Both the position numbers and the translations under genes were made by a program. The notes below the pieces were generated by a model. The model made no database searches, was not told the origin of the DNA, and saw only the letters and a program-made list of their open reading frames with translations. From Octopus sinensis (taxonomy: Eukaryota), in NCBI RefSeq assembly GCF_006345805.1, contig NC_043011.1:60710464-60774463 (forward strand): 64,000 nucleotides of DNA, written 5' to 3'. Shown one piece after another: positions 63,147 to 64,000 of the stretch; within the stretch, counting starts at the first letter, position 1, and each line of letters begins with the position of its first letter.

Positions 63147-64000
63147 TAATAATAAGAAGAAGAAGGAGAAGAAGTAGAAGAAAATTGTAGAACCTACATC
63201 TGGCATGTACATCCTTTTTTCGAGAAGCAAACCGCATGAGATATTTTCTCATGAAGCGGGTCGTACTATGAAAAATTTTCAAGGTAATTTTTTGTTGGCT
63301 CATTTTGCGCATATCAATCCCCCACACTATGAACACTGTTAGCATAGTGATAAACATACGTGAGTTGTTGATCACTAAACGGAAGTTACTATAAAGAGCG
63401 GCATCACTATCGAAACAATATCATTCCCATGGTACTTGTCTACTATAAACGGCAATAGCGAATAGGGGAACGCCTAGAAGTATAAATGGACTCAGGAAGT
63501 CTTTTGTTCCAAGGAAATTCTAAGAGATGAGTCAGGAGAAGGAGTGAAAGAGAGAGAGAGGGGGAAACAAGGGAGAGAAAGAGAGAGATTGTTATTAATC
63601 CAAACAAGTGGAGGAATAGAAGAAATGAAACTGAAAATGCGTTGAGAATAAATTAGAATTAATTAGCATTTAATTATATTTTAAAATATAGGAATTCACT
63701 TGACCGGTTTCACATTGGATTTTCAAAAGTATGTGGTGTATGGAGCTATGTCTCGAATTCTGTCTGTTCTGGCCGTTGTTATAAAAATAGTTTGTTTTTA
63801 AAGAAGGAATGTGGCTCAAAATTAATTGGTCAACGCTGATGTATTAAGCCACACACACACATATATATATGTACATACGTACATACATATACATACACAC
63901 ACACATATATATACACATGCATGTATATATATACATCATAATATATTTTCACATACATATATACATACATATATATTCTTTTATTCTTTTACTTGTTTCA

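Noticed and set aside
63360-63473. Possible minus-strand exon between cttctag| and |gtatgt
   Set aside because: All three frames contain stops and no protein family is recognisable.

Overview
AT-rich, microsatellite-saturated, non-coding eukaryotic (animal) DNA. The SINE repertoire suggests a coleoid cephalopod, probably octopus; this is an inference and is not verified. No intact host protein-coding exon could be supported. Nearly all long ORFs in the track are translations of simple repeats. Solid features: one tRNA-Gln(CTG) gene, dozens of copies of 4-5 tRNA-headed or RTE-tailed SINE families, piggyBac-type (TTAA) and hAT-type MITEs, and decayed fragments of CR1, RTE, Penelope-like (PLE) RT, mariner and Chapaev3-like transposases. 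There is a 100-N gap flanked by a false duplication. Main hunt result: about a dozen minimal type-I hammerhead ribozyme (HHR) motifs from several unrelated short elements. Almost all have a self-complementary stem III (ACGCGU, ACCGGU, AAUAUU, AUAU, ACGGCCGU), and the 3-8 core pair covaries across all three forms C3-G8, U3-A8 and G3-C8. Several sit in head-to-head fold-back cassettes beside (TA)n tracts, the same geometry as a PLE RT remnant at 47.4-48.6 kb. This looks like a diversified population of PLE-mobilised, ribozyme-bearing non-autonomous elements. Ribozyme activity is predicted from sequence only. A shift from CpG-poor to CpG-rich DNA near 28-30 kb suggests a methylation-domain boundary.
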